From contig JAUIDB010000001.1 of assembly GCA_030429235.1 (NCBI GenBank), forward strand, positions 157,696 through 221,695: DNA of 64,000 bases. The letters run 5' to 3'. Below the pieces are notes generated by a model. That model was not told where the DNA came from, ran no database searches, and saw nothing but the letters and a program-made list of their open reading frames with translations. Positions 1 to 10,000 of this stretch are shown piece by piece. Origin of the DNA: Thermoanaerobaculia bacterium (GTDB lineage Bacteria; Acidobacteriota; Thermoanaerobaculia; Multivoradales; JAIOJS01). A program made the translations under genes and the position numbers. Numbering within the stretch: position 1 is the stretch's first letter; each line of letters opens with the position of its first letter.

Positions 1-575
1 CGACCGAGGTGGAAGACGGTGGGCGGGGTGGCCGCGACGAAGGTCGCCGTCACCCAGCGGGTGACCAGGGCCGCCTGAGGCAGCTCCCCCTCGACTCCCC
101 AGACCCGCCGAGCGAGAAGCGCGGTGAGGTCGGGGAACAGGCTGGCGGCCCAGAGGGCGATCGCATCCAGCGTGTAGAGCAGGTGGGGGTAGATGAACCA
201 GGGCCGGAGGAGTCGTCCCTCGTTCATCCTCTGAGCGTTGGCGAGGAAGGTCCCCTCGTCGCCGAAGTACCGGCCCCCCAGCTCGTGTTCGAGTCCCACG
301 AACGCGGTGACGAGACCGACCAGCGTGAGGCCGAGCAAGCACCTACCTTGCGCCGGGCTGAGGTCGAAGACCTCACCTCGCAGCAGGCGCCGACTCAGGC
401 GGAGTCCGTGGAAGGCCAGCGCGAGGACCAGCAGGACGACCAGCAGGCGGCTGAGGATGGCCGGCGGAGCGTGTCCGGTCGCGCTCGCGAGCCAGGCCGC
501 TCCGACGCTCAGGGCCAGGAGCAGCGGGCCGGCCGGTCCCGACCTCATGAGCCGGGCAAGCGAGCGTTTCGACAT
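1..575 (-). CDS. GT-C/ArnT-like (GT39-like) integral membrane glycosyltransferase, runs off the window start
   Basis: Not in the ORF track. Manual translation from ATG at 575: MSKRSLARLMRSGPAGPLLLALSVGAAWLA..., several hydrophobic helices, then RYFGDEGTF (DE motif in a loop) and PWFIYPHLLY, typical of GT-C enzymes. Confidence 0.7.
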   Translation of the reverse strand, partial: MSKRSLARLMRSGPAGPLLLALSVGAAWLASATGHAPPAILSRLLVVLLVLALAFHGLRLSRRLLRGEVFDLSPAQGRCLLGLTLVGLVTAFVGLEHELGGRYFGDEGTFLANAQRMNEGRLLRPWFIYPHLLYTLDAIALWAASLFPDLTALLARRVWGVEGELPQAALVTRWVTATFVAATPPTVFHLG

Positions 576-596
576 GAGCTCTGGCGGTTTCCTGTC

Positions 597-2015
597 CTAG
601 TCGTTGATATAGCCCAGCGCCTTGAGAGCGTCGAGGGTCTCCTGGCTGTAGGCCTCGACCTCCTGGCGAGAGCGGCGAATCCAGTTCTCTCCCTTCATCC
701 ACTCCTTGAGCAGGCGGCGGAGGCGACGGAACTCCGCCGTCTCCTCCTCCAGGAGATTCCGCGTCTCGCCGGGGTCGTTCTCGAGGTCGTAGAGCTCCCA
801 CCGGGCCTCTCGTCGTTTGGCTCCCTGGCCCATCGGCGGATGGAAGATCAGCTTGTAGCGATCCTCCTGCACCGACCGGAAGTGGGTGGTGGGCGAGCCA
901 CCTCCCGCCTGGGCAAAGGCTGGCGGCGCGGGCTCGGGAGCGTCGCCCCGGAGGTCGCCTACCAGACTCCTGCCCTCGATGCCCGGGATCGGCTCTTCGG
1001 CGGGGGCAAACCACTCCCAGAGCGTGGGGAGGAGGTCGACCATCTGCACCGGGTGCTCGACGCGCCGCGGGGGGAGCGATCCATCGGGCCGCCAGAAGAT
1101 CAACGGCACGTGGGCTCCCGGGTTGTACGGTAGTCGGCCGTGCCCGAAGTAGTAGCCGTGTTCGCCCAGACTCTCGCCATGGTCCGCGGTGAACACGACC
1201 AGCGAGTCCTGCAGGATTCCGAGTTCGTCGAGGTGGTCGAGCAGGAGCGCCATGTGGTCGTCGGTGAAGCGGATATTGGCGTCGTACTGGGCGACATAGT
1301 GTTTGAGGTCGCGTCGATCATCGAGAGCAGTGGCCTCGGGGTTGAACAGCTGGACCGGCTCGTCGCCGACGTACCAGGGGTCGCCGACGAAGGGATTCTC
1401 GACCCCTTCGGGGAGGTAGTACGGCGCGTGGGGGTCCGAATAGTGGATCCAGGCAAAGAGGCGGCTCGCGTCGCGGTGCTCGGTCAAGAGCGGGAGGGCC
1501 AGCTGGTTCACGACCCGCGCGTTGAGCCAGCGCCGATACTCTCGCGGGTCGGAGGAGGATTCCGGAGCCAAAGTCCAGGTCTCGGCGTAGGAGTCGAAGC
1601 CGCGATTCCAGCCCAGCCGTGCCCCGAGCACCCCGTTCGACACCACGCCGACCGTTTCGAAGTCGAGTTTCTTCATCGCCACCGGAAGGGTGAAGTAGGC
1701 CTCCGGGATCGAGAGGGCCGCCTTGTGGGTCAACCCGGTGGTCTGCGGGAATTGACCGGTGAAGATCGAGGCGAAGGAGGGCCCCGTCTTCGGCCACTGC
1801 GCCACGGCGCGTTCGAAGACCACGCCCTGGCGGGCGATCTCGGCCAGACGGGGAGAGGTGTCGCGCGGATAGCCGTAGGCCGACAGATGGTCGGCCCGCA
1901 GGGTGTCGACGGTGATCAGGATCAGATGGTCCGGCGCCGCCCCGTCCGAGGTGGGACGACAGGCGGCGGTGAGCGCGGCGACGGCGAGGGCGAACAGGGG
2001 CAGGTATCGGGGCAT
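597..2015 (-). CDS. Sulfatase/alkaline-phosphatase superfamily lipoprotein
   Basis: Lipobox-like LTAAC; ITVDTLRADH and ADHGE metal motifs; WELYDLENDPGE and C-terminal LKALGY. Start trimmed to MPRYLPLF. Confidence 0.85.
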   Translation of the reverse strand: MPRYLPLFALAVAALTAACRPTSDGAAPDHLILITVDTLRADHLSAYGYPRDTSPRLAEIARQGVVFERAVAQWPKTGPSFASIFTGQFPQTTGLTHKAALSIPEAYFTLPVAMKKLDFETVGVVSNGVLGARLGWNRGFDSYAETWTLAPESSSDPREYRRWLNARVVNQLALPLLTEHRDASRLFAWIHYSDPHAPYYLPEGVENPFVGDPWYVGDEPVQLFNPEATALDDRRDLKHYVAQYDANIRFTDDHMALLLDHLDELGILQDSLVVFTADHGESLGEHGYYFGHGRLPYNPGAHVPLIFWRPDGSLPPRRVEHPVQMVDLLPTLWEWFAPAEEPIPGIEGRSLVGDLRGDAPEPAPPAFAQAGGGSPTTHFRSVQEDRYKLIFHPPMGQGAKRREARWELYDLENDPGETRNLLEEETAEFRRLRRLLKEWMKGENWIRRSRQEVEAYSQETLDALKALGYIND

Positions 2016-2147
2016 GATCGAGGGTCTTGGTGGTGGTTGGGCCGAGCCTTCGGCCGGGGACTCGGGGCTCGATTCCACGAGCCGCCGTCGGCCGCCCAAT
2101 CTAGCATGCTCCGGGTCCAGCGAGACGCCTGATCGCCGCGGTTCCGT

Positions 2148-2153
2148 TAGACT
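2148..2153 (+). promoter_or_regulatory. Putative -10 hexamer TAGACT, leaderless/short-leader type
   Basis: 8 nt upstream of ATG 2162; no Shine-Dalgarno visible. Confidence 0.45.
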
Positions 2154-2161
2154 CAGCCGCC

Positions 2162-4363
2162 ATGGCGCGCCCCGTGCAGCGAGTGCTTCTCGCCCTTTCC
2201 CTCTTCCTTCTCGCCCTGCCCCTGGTCCTGGTCAAGCCGGGGGTACCCTCGGGTCTGAAGGCGGACGAAGCGGCGTACTACATGATGGCCCAGAGCCTGG
2301 CGTTCGACGGAGACCTGGTGCTCGAGGTGGACGACATCAACCGTGCCTTCGACGAGTTTCCCTTTCGGTCGATCACCAATCTGATCCTGATGACCGATGA
2401 CGGTTGGCAGACCGCTCTGTTTGGCAAGCCGTACATCTACTCGGCCTTTGCGGCGCCTTTCGTGCGGCTCTTCGGAGCCAACGGCCTACTGTTCTTCAAC
2501 ATGGCGCTCCTGCTGGCCATGGTCTGGATGGGCACGCTGTACCTGGCGCGGCGTACCGAGCCGGCACTGGCCGCCCTCTTCTCTACGGGTTTTTTCCTCG
2601 CCAGCGCCGGGTTTGCTTACGTCTTCTGGCTCCAGCCCGAGGTGTTCAACATGGCCTCGGTGACGGCCTGTCTCTTCTTCGGCCTCCATCGACGAGGGGC
2701 GAGCGCCACCCAGCCCTGGCTCTGGATCGTCTTCTCCGGAGCTGCCCTGGCTCCGGCGGTCTACAACAAACCGGTCCTGGCAGCGGTGGGTTTGGGTCCG
2801 TTGGCGGCGCTGCTGCTGGCGCGACAGTGGCGCCGCGCCGCCCTCTGGCTGGTGGCCGCGGTGGTTGCGTTCGGCCTGGTGGTAGGAGTCGCCATCGCCC
2901 TGACCGGGCACCCGACGCCGTATCTCGGTGTCAAACGTCAGGGGGTCACAGTGTGCGAGCCGGGAGTGATGCCCATCGGCCCGGGTCCCGCTGGCGGAGC
3001 CGCCCCCGATGCCGACCGTCCCACCGGTGGCGCCTGGAGTTGGTTGTTCCGAATCCCGTCGGTCGACCCGGTCACGCTGACGGCCAACCTGACCTACTTC
3101 CTGATCGGTCGACACGCCGGTCTTTTTCCCTACTTTCCGTTCGCACTTCTGGCCCTCTTGCTGTTCGCTGCCGACCGCGAGCCGCGACGAGAACGCTGGG
3201 CTCTGCTGGTGGGGATCGTGGTGGTGGCACTCTTCTTCGTCCTCTTCATCCCTCGCAACTGGCAGGGGGGCGGGGGTTTCGTCGGCAATCGCTACTTCGT
3301 CAACGCCTATCCGGCCTTTCTCTTTCTCGTCCGGCGGATTCGCTGGCGTCCGCTGGTGGTGCTGACCTGGGGAGTGGCGGGGCTGCTGCTCGGGCCGCTA
3401 CTGTTCCAACCGCTGGCCCGCAGCGGACCCGAGCCCACACTGCAGTCCCACGTTCGGAACTTCCCGTTCCCCCTGCTTCCGCTCGAACACACGCTGCGCG
3501 AGGTCCCTGGGTACCACGACCAGGTGGTCGGGGGAATCCGCATGAAGGCGCGCAAGGACCTCTTTCTGCCGCGCGGGGGGTCGGCCTGGCTGCGCGGGGC
3601 CAGTCGCACGGAGCTCTGGCTCAGGCCCCCCGAGCCCCTGGTCGCCCCCGTGTTCCTCGTCGCGTCGGAGCGGCCTGGGAACCGCGTGGTCCTAAGCGTC
3701 GATGGGGGGAGCAGGGAAGAGGTGGTGTTGGACGACGGTCGGCCGCAGCGGGTGGTGCTCGCGATGCCCTTGCGCGAGCCCGGAGAGCCGGTCCGCTATC
3801 GCCTCGAAGTCTCGACGGACTCGGGTCGCATCCGCGGCTGGCACCGCACGATGCATCCGAACAGCTGCCCCTACTTCAATGTCAACCCGTCCTACGAAGA
3901 GTCCTTCTTCGTCGGCACCGAACTGACCTACCTGGGGGAACGCCAGCAGCTGGAGACCGAGGTTTGGGGGCTCGAGTGGGGCGCGGTGGCGGTGCCCCCG
4001 GTCGTACAAACCGGCGCGTCGTTTCGGGCCGAGGTCGAAGTGGCCAATCGCAGTGGCGAGGTCTGGCCGACTCGAACGGGAGCGCGAGTGCGACTGAGCT
4101 ATCGCTGGTACTCGGCGAACGGTGAAGTGATCGAGGGTCTTCGCACCGACCTCGAAGCTCCGGTGGCCCCGGGGGAGTGGGTGCGGCAGAGTCAGGAGAT
4201 CGAGGCACCGCGCGCCCCGGGCCGTTACCGGCTCGCTCTCGAGCCGGTCTACGAGTGGGTGGGGTGGTTCTCGGACCATCCGCGCGGTGACCCCTGGGAG
4301 GTCGAGATCGAGGTGGTGGAGGACGTCGAAGGCAGTGCGACGTCGGTTGCCGATGGAGGGTGA
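2162..4363 (+). CDS. Polytopic membrane protein, GT-C-like, with C-terminal extracytoplasmic beta/Ig-like domain
   Basis: ADE motif after TM1, about 11 hydrophobic segments, WQGGGGFVGNRYF loop; C-terminus VEVANRSG..LSYRW..APG.YRL..V.EW.GWFS. Confidence 0.65.
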   Translation: MARPVQRVLLALSLFLLALPLVLVKPGVPSGLKADEAAYYMMAQSLAFDGDLVLEVDDINRAFDEFPFRSITNLILMTDDGWQTALFGKPYIYSAFAAPFVRLFGANGLLFFNMALLLAMVWMGTLYLARRTEPALAALFSTGFFLASAGFAYVFWLQPEVFNMASVTACLFFGLHRRGASATQPWLWIVFSGAALAPAVYNKPVLAAVGLGPLAALLLARQWRRAALWLVAAVVAFGLVVGVAIALTGHPTPYLGVKRQGVTVCEPGVMPIGPGPAGGAAPDADRPTGGAWSWLFRIPSVDPVTLTANLTYFLIGRHAGLFPYFPFALLALLLFAADREPRRERWALLVGIVVVALFFVLFIPRNWQGGGGFVGNRYFVNAYPAFLFLVRRIRWRPLVVLTWGVAGLLLGPLLFQPLARSGPEPTLQSHVRNFPFPLLPLEHTLREVPGYHDQVVGGIRMKARKDLFLPRGGSAWLRGASRTELWLRPPEPLVAPVFLVASERPGNRVVLSVDGGSREEVVLDDGRPQRVVLAMPLREPGEPVRYRLEVSTDSGRIRGWHRTMHPNSCPYFNVNPSYEESFFVGTELTYLGERQQLETEVWGLEWGAVAVPPVVQTGASFRAEVEVANRSGEVWPTRTGARVRLSYRWYSANGEVIEGLRTDLEAPVAPGEWVRQSQEIEAPRAPGRYRLALEPVYEWVGWFSDHPRGDPWEVEIEVVEDVEGSATSVADGG

Positions 4364-5510
4364 CCGCCGCGATCCGGCCCGCGTCCTGCTCGTGACGCAC
4401 AGCCTCACGACCGGCGGGGCCGAGCGTTTCGCGGCGACGCTGGCCACCCACCTCGATCGCACCGGGTTCCAGCCAGAGCTGTTCGTGGCCAGCGATGGGC
4501 TCGGCTACTCGGTGCCCGAAGACGTGCTGGTGCGCACCCATGGCTACCGCACCCTCGGCGACCTCTGGCGGGTACGCGGGGAACTCCGCCGCCGTCTCGC
4601 GGCCGCACCGCGGGTCGATGTCGTCCTCTCGAACGTTCTCTCGACCAACTGTCTGACGGGGGTCAGCCGGGGGCGCCGAGGGGTACCCTGGGTGGCCCGG
4701 GTCGGCCTGGCCCCTGAGCGGGGGGACCGCGGGGTCCAGGGGCTCCTGGCTCGATTCGTCTACCCCTGGGCGACGCAGGTGGTGAGCAACTCGAACGAGA
4801 TGGCGGCGGCGGTCGCCCGGCGCTACCCGAGACTCGGCCGCCCCATCATGGCGGTGCCCAACCCCACCGATTTCGAGCGGCTCGAGCGGCGATCACAACA
4901 GCCACGACCCGAAGCGGCCCGGCGACGGCCCGAAGAGTGTGTGGTGCTCGGGGTCGGGCGATTGACGCCCCAGAAACGGTTCGACCAGGTTCTCCACGCG
5001 GTGGCCGAATTGCGACGGTCGGGGGTATCGGTTCGCCTCTGGTTGGCGGGCCGCGGTCCCGACGAGTCACGCCTGCGCGACCTGGCCGGCGAGCTCGGGG
5101 TCGCGGATGCGGTCGACTGGCTCGGTTTCTGCGACAATCCCTTCCCACTGATGAGAGATGCCGACCTCCTGCTGCAGGCCTCCGACTTCGAGGGCCTACC
5201 GAATGCTCTGATCGAGGCCCAGGGTCTCGGTCTGCCGGCGGTGGCGACGCGCTGCCCCTACGGCCCGGGCGAGATCGTGGTCGATGGCACCACCGGCTAC
5301 CTGGTGCCGGTCGGCGACCGGGCAGCACTGGTCGCGTCGACCCGGCGGGCGCTGGCGTCTCGGGGCGAAAGCGGCGGCTGGCTCGAACGCGCGGGGGCGG
5401 CGGCGCGCCGCACCACACGGCAGCGATTCGGCTTGTCGGCGGTGCTGCCGCAGTGGCAGGAGACCCTGCGGGCCGCGCTCGCTACGGGTTCTACAGCGGG
5501 GAGGCGCTAG
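4353..5510 (+). CDS. GT4 family glycosyltransferase
   Basis: GGAER, GVGRLTPQKRF and EGLPNALIEA (EX7E) motifs. Confidence 0.9.
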   Translation: MEGDRRDPARVLLVTHSLTTGGAERFAATLATHLDRTGFQPELFVASDGLGYSVPEDVLVRTHGYRTLGDLWRVRGELRRRLAAAPRVDVVLSNVLSTNCLTGVSRGRRGVPWVARVGLAPERGDRGVQGLLARFVYPWATQVVSNSNEMAAAVARRYPRLGRPIMAVPNPTDFERLERRSQQPRPEAARRRPEECVVLGVGRLTPQKRFDQVLHAVAELRRSGVSVRLWLAGRGPDESRLRDLAGELGVADAVDWLGFCDNPFPLMRDADLLLQASDFEGLPNALIEAQGLGLPAVATRCPYGPGEIVVDGTTGYLVPVGDRAALVASTRRALASRGESGGWLERAGAAARRTTRQRFGLSAVLPQWQETLRAALATGSTAGRR

Positions 5511-5513
5511 CCG

Positions 5514-7376
5514 ATGTGCGGAATCGCCGGCCTGGTACGTCCCGCCGGTCAATCGGCCGTACTCGAGGAGGTGGTGGCCATGCGGGACGCGATGGCCCAT
5601 CGTGGTCCCGACGCGGTGGGTCACCTGATCGACGACAACGTGGGTCTGGGCCACCGCCGGCTGTCGGTGATCGATACCTCGAGCGCCGCCGATCAGCCCC
5701 TGTTCAACGAGGATCGGCAGGTCTCGGTCGTCTTCAACGGAGAGATCTTCAACTACGAGGCGTTGTGTGACGAGTTGGCGGCAGCCGGTCACCGCTTCGG
5801 GTCGCGGTCGGACACCGAGGCCCTGGTTCACGGCTGGGAAGAATGGGGACCAGCAGTGGTCAGCCGACTACGCGGACAGTTCGCGTTCGCCCTCTGGGAC
5901 CGTCGGCAACGGACCCTCTTTCTGGCTCGCGATCGGTTCGGTCAGAAGCCCTTGCACTATGCGGCCACCGCCGAGGGTTTTTTCTTCGCCTCCGAGATCA
6001 AGGGACTGCTCGCCCACCCCGCGGTGTCGGCCGAGCTGGACCCGGCCGGCCTCGGCCAGGCGATGGTCTGGGGGCACACCGCGGCCGAGACGACGGCCTA
6101 CGCCGAGATCCGGCGGTTGTTGCCCGGTCACACCCTGACGCTGGCGGTCGACGGGCCGCGCGACCTGCGGATCCTTCCCTACTGGTCCTTCGAGCCCTGC
6201 CCCGACCCGGACCTCGACGCCGAGGCCTGGCTCGAGCAGCTCGACGCCACCATCGCCGAGGCGGTGCGGCTGCGGTTGATCGCCGACGTACCCCTCGGCG
6301 CCTTTCTGTCCGGAGGGATCGACTCGAGTTTGGTGGTGGCTCACATGGTGCGTCAGGCGGGGGGGGCGGTGCGGAGCTTCGCCGTCGGTTTCGCCGAGGG
6401 TGACTACGACGAATCGCAACACGCGGCCGCGGTGGCGGCCCACCTCGGTACCGACCATCGCAGCGATCGAGTCACGCCCGATGCGGTGGCGGTCTTGCCT
6501 CAACTCGTTGCGGCCTACGACGAACCCTACGGCGATGCCTCGGCGATCCCCACCTGGTACCTGTCCCAGAGCACCCGCCGGCACGTCACGGTAGCCCTTT
6601 CCGGAGACGGCGGCGACGAGCTGTTCTTCGGCTACACCCGCTATGCGCAGTCGGCCACCCTGGCTCGGTGGGGCGAGCTGGCGAGCCCGGCGGGACGCCA
6701 GCTGGCGCGTTGGGCGAGCCGCCTGCTGCCACGCGGTAGCTACGTCGGCCGGGCGCTCGATCGCCTTTCGCACACCGACGCCGAACTCTACCTGCACGCG
6801 CTCGGATACTCCTCCGCCCACCTGGCGCTGCTCACGCCGGCGGTGCGCGAGGCGCTCGGGCCGCCGGCGGCCCAGAGGATCGCTCGGCAGTTCGATCGCT
6901 TTGGCGAGTTGCCGTTCGTCGAGCGTTGCCGTTTTGCCGACCTCGGCCACTACATGACCGACGACGTCTTGACCAAGGTCGACCGGGCCTCGATGGCCCA
7001 TTCCTTGGAGGTTCGTTGCCCCCTGCTCGATCACGAAGTGGCCGAGGTGGCGGCGCGTCGACCCGCCGCTCCTCAGATGCAGGGGGGAGTCCTGAAGCGA
7101 TCCTTGCGCGATCTGGCTTATCGGTACGTGCCGAGAGAACTGCTCGACCGACCGAAACAGGGTTTCTCGGTGCCGCTCGAACACTGGTTTCGCGGGCCCT
7201 TGCAGCCGGTCATGCAGGCGGTTCTCGCCGACCAGACGAGTCCGATCTGGGAGTACTACGAGCGGCGTGAGGCGACGCGCCGGTTCTCGCACCACCTCGC
7301 CGGCCGGCTCGACGCCTCGCCGGTGCTCTGGCGGCTTCTGTTCGCCCACGCCTGGGCGGAGCAGCGACTGCGCTAG
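5514..7376 (+). CDS. asnB: Asparagine synthase (glutamine-hydrolysing) family amidotransferase, probably acting on glycan
   Basis: N-terminal MCGIAG, HRGPD, LSGGIDSS, SGDGGDELF, KVDRASMAHSLEVRCP. Confidence 0.92.
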   Translation: MCGIAGLVRPAGQSAVLEEVVAMRDAMAHRGPDAVGHLIDDNVGLGHRRLSVIDTSSAADQPLFNEDRQVSVVFNGEIFNYEALCDELAAAGHRFGSRSDTEALVHGWEEWGPAVVSRLRGQFAFALWDRRQRTLFLARDRFGQKPLHYAATAEGFFFASEIKGLLAHPAVSAELDPAGLGQAMVWGHTAAETTAYAEIRRLLPGHTLTLAVDGPRDLRILPYWSFEPCPDPDLDAEAWLEQLDATIAEAVRLRLIADVPLGAFLSGGIDSSLVVAHMVRQAGGAVRSFAVGFAEGDYDESQHAAAVAAHLGTDHRSDRVTPDAVAVLPQLVAAYDEPYGDASAIPTWYLSQSTRRHVTVALSGDGGDELFFGYTRYAQSATLARWGELASPAGRQLARWASRLLPRGSYVGRALDRLSHTDAELYLHALGYSSAHLALLTPAVREALGPPAAQRIARQFDRFGELPFVERCRFADLGHYMTDDVLTKVDRASMAHSLEVRCPLLDHEVAEVAARRPAAPQMQGGVLKRSLRDLAYRYVPRELLDRPKQGFSVPLEHWFRGPLQPVMQAVLADQTSPIWEYYERREATRRFSHHLAGRLDASPVLWRLLFAHAWAEQRLR

Positions 7377-8248
7377 CCGACCAGGATCTCGAGAGGGTCG
7401 TCGGCGAGGCCGATTCTGACCGGCAGCTTCTCGTCGCAGCGGTCGCCGTCGATCTGGAGTGGCAGGTCGGCGGGTCCGACGAGTTCCAGCGAGGTCACCG
7501 AGCGGTGCTGGACGTCGCGGCGTTTCAGGTGCCGACCCAGCACCAGGTCGCGAGCGAAGCCGAGGGCGGCGAACCGTCCCGGTCCGAAGTGATTGACCAA
7601 CTCGAGCCGCTCGGCTTCGGGCTCGGCGGCCGGCGCCATGACGAAGGCGTGGCCGTACAGCCGGAGGTTGCTGACCACCGCAAAGTGGGAAGGGTGGGCC
7701 TCGCCATCGATCACCACCTCGAAGCGGGGGTAGGGAAAACGCCACCAGACGCCGATGCCGGACACCACGACGGCCAGCTCGCCCCAACGCGCCTTTTGGT
7801 CGCCGTCCATCCGCCGCACCACTTCGGCGTCGTAGCCGGCAGAAGCCATCATCAAGAATGGAGTCGAACCACAGAGCCCGACGTGCCAGCGACGACGGGC
7901 ACCGACGGCGAGCCGACGCGCCGTGGCCACCGGGTTCGAGGGCAGCCCGAGAGATCGAACCAGCACATTGCTCGTGCCCCCGGGCAGGGGGCCGAGGGCG
8001 ACGGGACGACCGAGAAGGCCGCAGGCGACTTCGCGAAGGGTTCCGTCGCCGCCGAGAGCGAAGACGACCTCCACCGCTCCGCTGTCCGCCACCTCGCGCG
8101 CCAAGTCTCCCGCCATCCCCGGACCCTGGGTGGGGTAACCCTCCACTCGCCAGTCCAGCTCTCCCAGCGCCCGGAGTACTGCCCCCGCGGCCTCGGTTCC
8201 CCGGCGACGTCCCGACATCGGGTTGTAGATCAGGGCAGCGCTGGGCAT
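7373..8248 (-). CDS. Diacylglycerol kinase family (YegS/DagK) lipid kinase
   Basis: IYNPMSG, GGDGT, LPGGTSN, QIDGD motifs; start trimmed to MPSAAL. Confidence 0.9.
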   Translation of the reverse strand: MPSAALIYNPMSGRRRGTEAAGAVLRALGELDWRVEGYPTQGPGMAGDLAREVADSGAVEVVFALGGDGTLREVACGLLGRPVALGPLPGGTSNVLVRSLGLPSNPVATARRLAVGARRRWHVGLCGSTPFLMMASAGYDAEVVRRMDGDQKARWGELAVVVSGIGVWWRFPYPRFEVVIDGEAHPSHFAVVSNLRLYGHAFVMAPAAEPEAERLELVNHFGPGRFAALGFARDLVLGRHLKRRDVQHRSVTSLELVGPADLPLQIDGDRCDEKLPVRIGLADDPLEILVG

Positions 8249-8288
8249 CAGGAGCTGGTGAGCGCGGCGCGGCGCCCCGGGCGGATCA

Positions 8289-9320
8289 TCAGAACAGGGT
8301 CCGATTTCGGCCTGGATCGCCGGGGGGATCGAAGCCGAGATGTCGGTAGGCTCTGGCGGTGGCCACGCGGCCGCGAGGCGTACGCTGGAGGAAACCCTCT
8401 TGAATGAGATACGGCTCGTAGAGGTCTTCGAGCGTGCCACGATCCTCGCCGATGGCGGCGGCGATGGCGGCCAGGCCGGCGGGACCACCGGCGTAGTGCT
8501 CGATCAGGGTGGCGAGGATCTTCCGGTCGACCTCGCCGAAGCCGAATTCGTCCACCTCGAGCAGGGCCAGACCGCGCTGTGCCATCGCGTGGTCGATCAC
8601 GCCCTCGCCGTGGACCTCGGCGAAGTCTCGGACGCGACGCAGCAACCGATTGGCGATGCGCGGCGTCCCCCGACTGCGGCGGGCGATCTCCAGCGCCCCT
8701 TCGGGCTCGGTTTCGATGCCGAGGAGGTGGGCCGAACGGGAGACGATTCGGGTGAGATCCTCGGCGCTGTAGAAGTCGAGCCGGTGCACGATCCCGAAGC
8801 GTGCGCGGAGCGGAGCCGTGATCAGACCCGCCCGCGTCGTCGCCGCCACCAGGGTGAAGCGGGGCAGCTCGAGCTTCACGGTACGAGCCGCCGGGCCCTG
8901 GCCGAGGACCAGGTCGAGCTGGAAGTCTTCGAGTGCGGGGTAGAGGATCTCTTCGACCGCCGCCGAGAGACGGTGGATCTCGTCGATGAAGAGGACCTCA
9001 CCCGGCTCGAGGTTGGTCAGGATGGCGGCGAGATCGCCGGCCCTCTCCAGCACCGGGCCCGAGGTGGAGCGCAGCGGCGCGTCCATCTCGTTGGCGATGA
9101 TGTGGGCCAGCGTGGTCTTGCCCAGGCCGGGAGGGCCAAAGAGCAGGACGTGGTCGAGGCATTCACGCCGCCCCTTGGCGGCCTGGATGAAGACCCGAAG
9201 ATTGTCGACTAGCGAGGCCTGACCGACGTAGTCGTCGAGTCGTTGGGGGCGGAGCGTCGTCTCGAGCGACAGCTCGTCGGGGTCGCCGCTGCCGGAGAGG
9301 AGGCGTGGGGTCTCGGTCAC
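8289..9320 (-). CDS. ruvB: Holliday junction branch migration helicase RuvB
   Basis: [45 protein letters not shown]. Confidence 0.98.
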   Translation of the reverse strand: MTETPRLLSGSGDPDELSLETTLRPQRLDDYVGQASLVDNLRVFIQAAKGRRECLDHVLLFGPPGLGKTTLAHIIANEMDAPLRSTSGPVLERAGDLAAILTNLEPGEVLFIDEIHRLSAAVEEILYPALEDFQLDLVLGQGPAARTVKLELPRFTLVAATTRAGLITAPLRARFGIVHRLDFYSAEDLTRIVSRSAHLLGIETEPEGALEIARRSRGTPRIANRLLRRVRDFAEVHGEGVIDHAMAQRGLALLEVDEFGFGEVDRKILATLIEHYAGGPAGLAAIAAAIGEDRGTLEDLYEPYLIQEGFLQRTPRGRVATARAYRHLGFDPPGDPGRNRTLF

Positions 9321-9326
9321 TCGCGG

Positions 9327-9332
9327 AGTATA
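9327..9332 (-). promoter_or_regulatory. Putative -10 TATACT for leaderless ruvB
   Basis: 6 nt upstream of the GTG start; no SD. Confidence 0.55.
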
Positions 9333-9366
9333 GAGGACGGTCGCGAGCTCGAACGAACGGAGCGGG

Positions 9367-9975
9367 TCAGATCCGCGCCAGCTGTTTCAGGGCGAGCCGC
9401 AGCCGGGTGCCGAGTTCCGCCTCCGGGTCCGTTTCGGCCACCGCGGCGATGGCGCGTTCGATCTCACGCGTCCGGTAGCCGAGACTCTCGAGCGCGGCGG
9501 CGAGGTCGGCGTCGGCGCTGGTGGGCGCGGCGGGAGCCGGAGTGCCGAGCGGTCCACCGTCGGCCAGGTCGGAGACCTTGTCTCGGAGTTCGAGGATCAT
9601 CCTTTCGGCCGTCTTCTTGCCGACGCCGGGAGTGGTGGCGAGGCGAGCCGCGTCCCCCGCCCTCAGGGCGGCGATCAGGTCGGCGGGTGGCAGGCCCGAG
9701 AGGATCACGCGGCCCAGTTTGGGCCCGATGCCACTGACCGCGATCAGGCGCTCGAAGAGGGTTCGTTCGAGTGGCTCCGAAAAGCCGAAGAGGTCGAGGG
9801 AGTCTTCGCGGACGTGGGTGTGGATGTGGAGGGCGACCTCTCCCCCGAGACCGATCGATTCGAGGCGGTAGTAAGTCGACAGGGGGACCTGGACACGGTA
9901 GCCCACCCCGGCGACGTCGACCACCGCAGCCTCGGGCCTCAGTCCGAGGAGCTGCCCACGCAGATGGGCGATCAC
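9367..9975 (-). CDS. ruvA: Holliday junction branch migration protein RuvA
   Basis: [40 protein letters not shown]; adjacent to ruvB. Confidence 0.97.
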   Translation of the reverse strand: MIAHLRGQLLGLRPEAAVVDVAGVGYRVQVPLSTYYRLESIGLGGEVALHIHTHVREDSLDLFGFSEPLERTLFERLIAVSGIGPKLGRVILSGLPPADLIAALRAGDAARLATTPGVGKKTAERMILELRDKVSDLADGGPLGTPAPAAPTSADADLAAALESLGYRTREIERAIAAVAETDPEAELGTRLRLALKQLARI

Positions 9976-10000
9976 CGGGGAAGCCCTGCCGGTCCCAGGA

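Noticed and set aside
5868..7787. Long antisense or alternative-frame ORFs (also 9-1133, 16225-17970, 27602-29248, 37975-39813, 43185-45011, 59954-61972)
   Set aside because: Shadow ORFs expected at high GC; they overlap well-supported genes and show no motifs
8289..9975. Missing ruvC as a novelty
   Set aside because: ruvC is often unlinked; cannot be judged from one window
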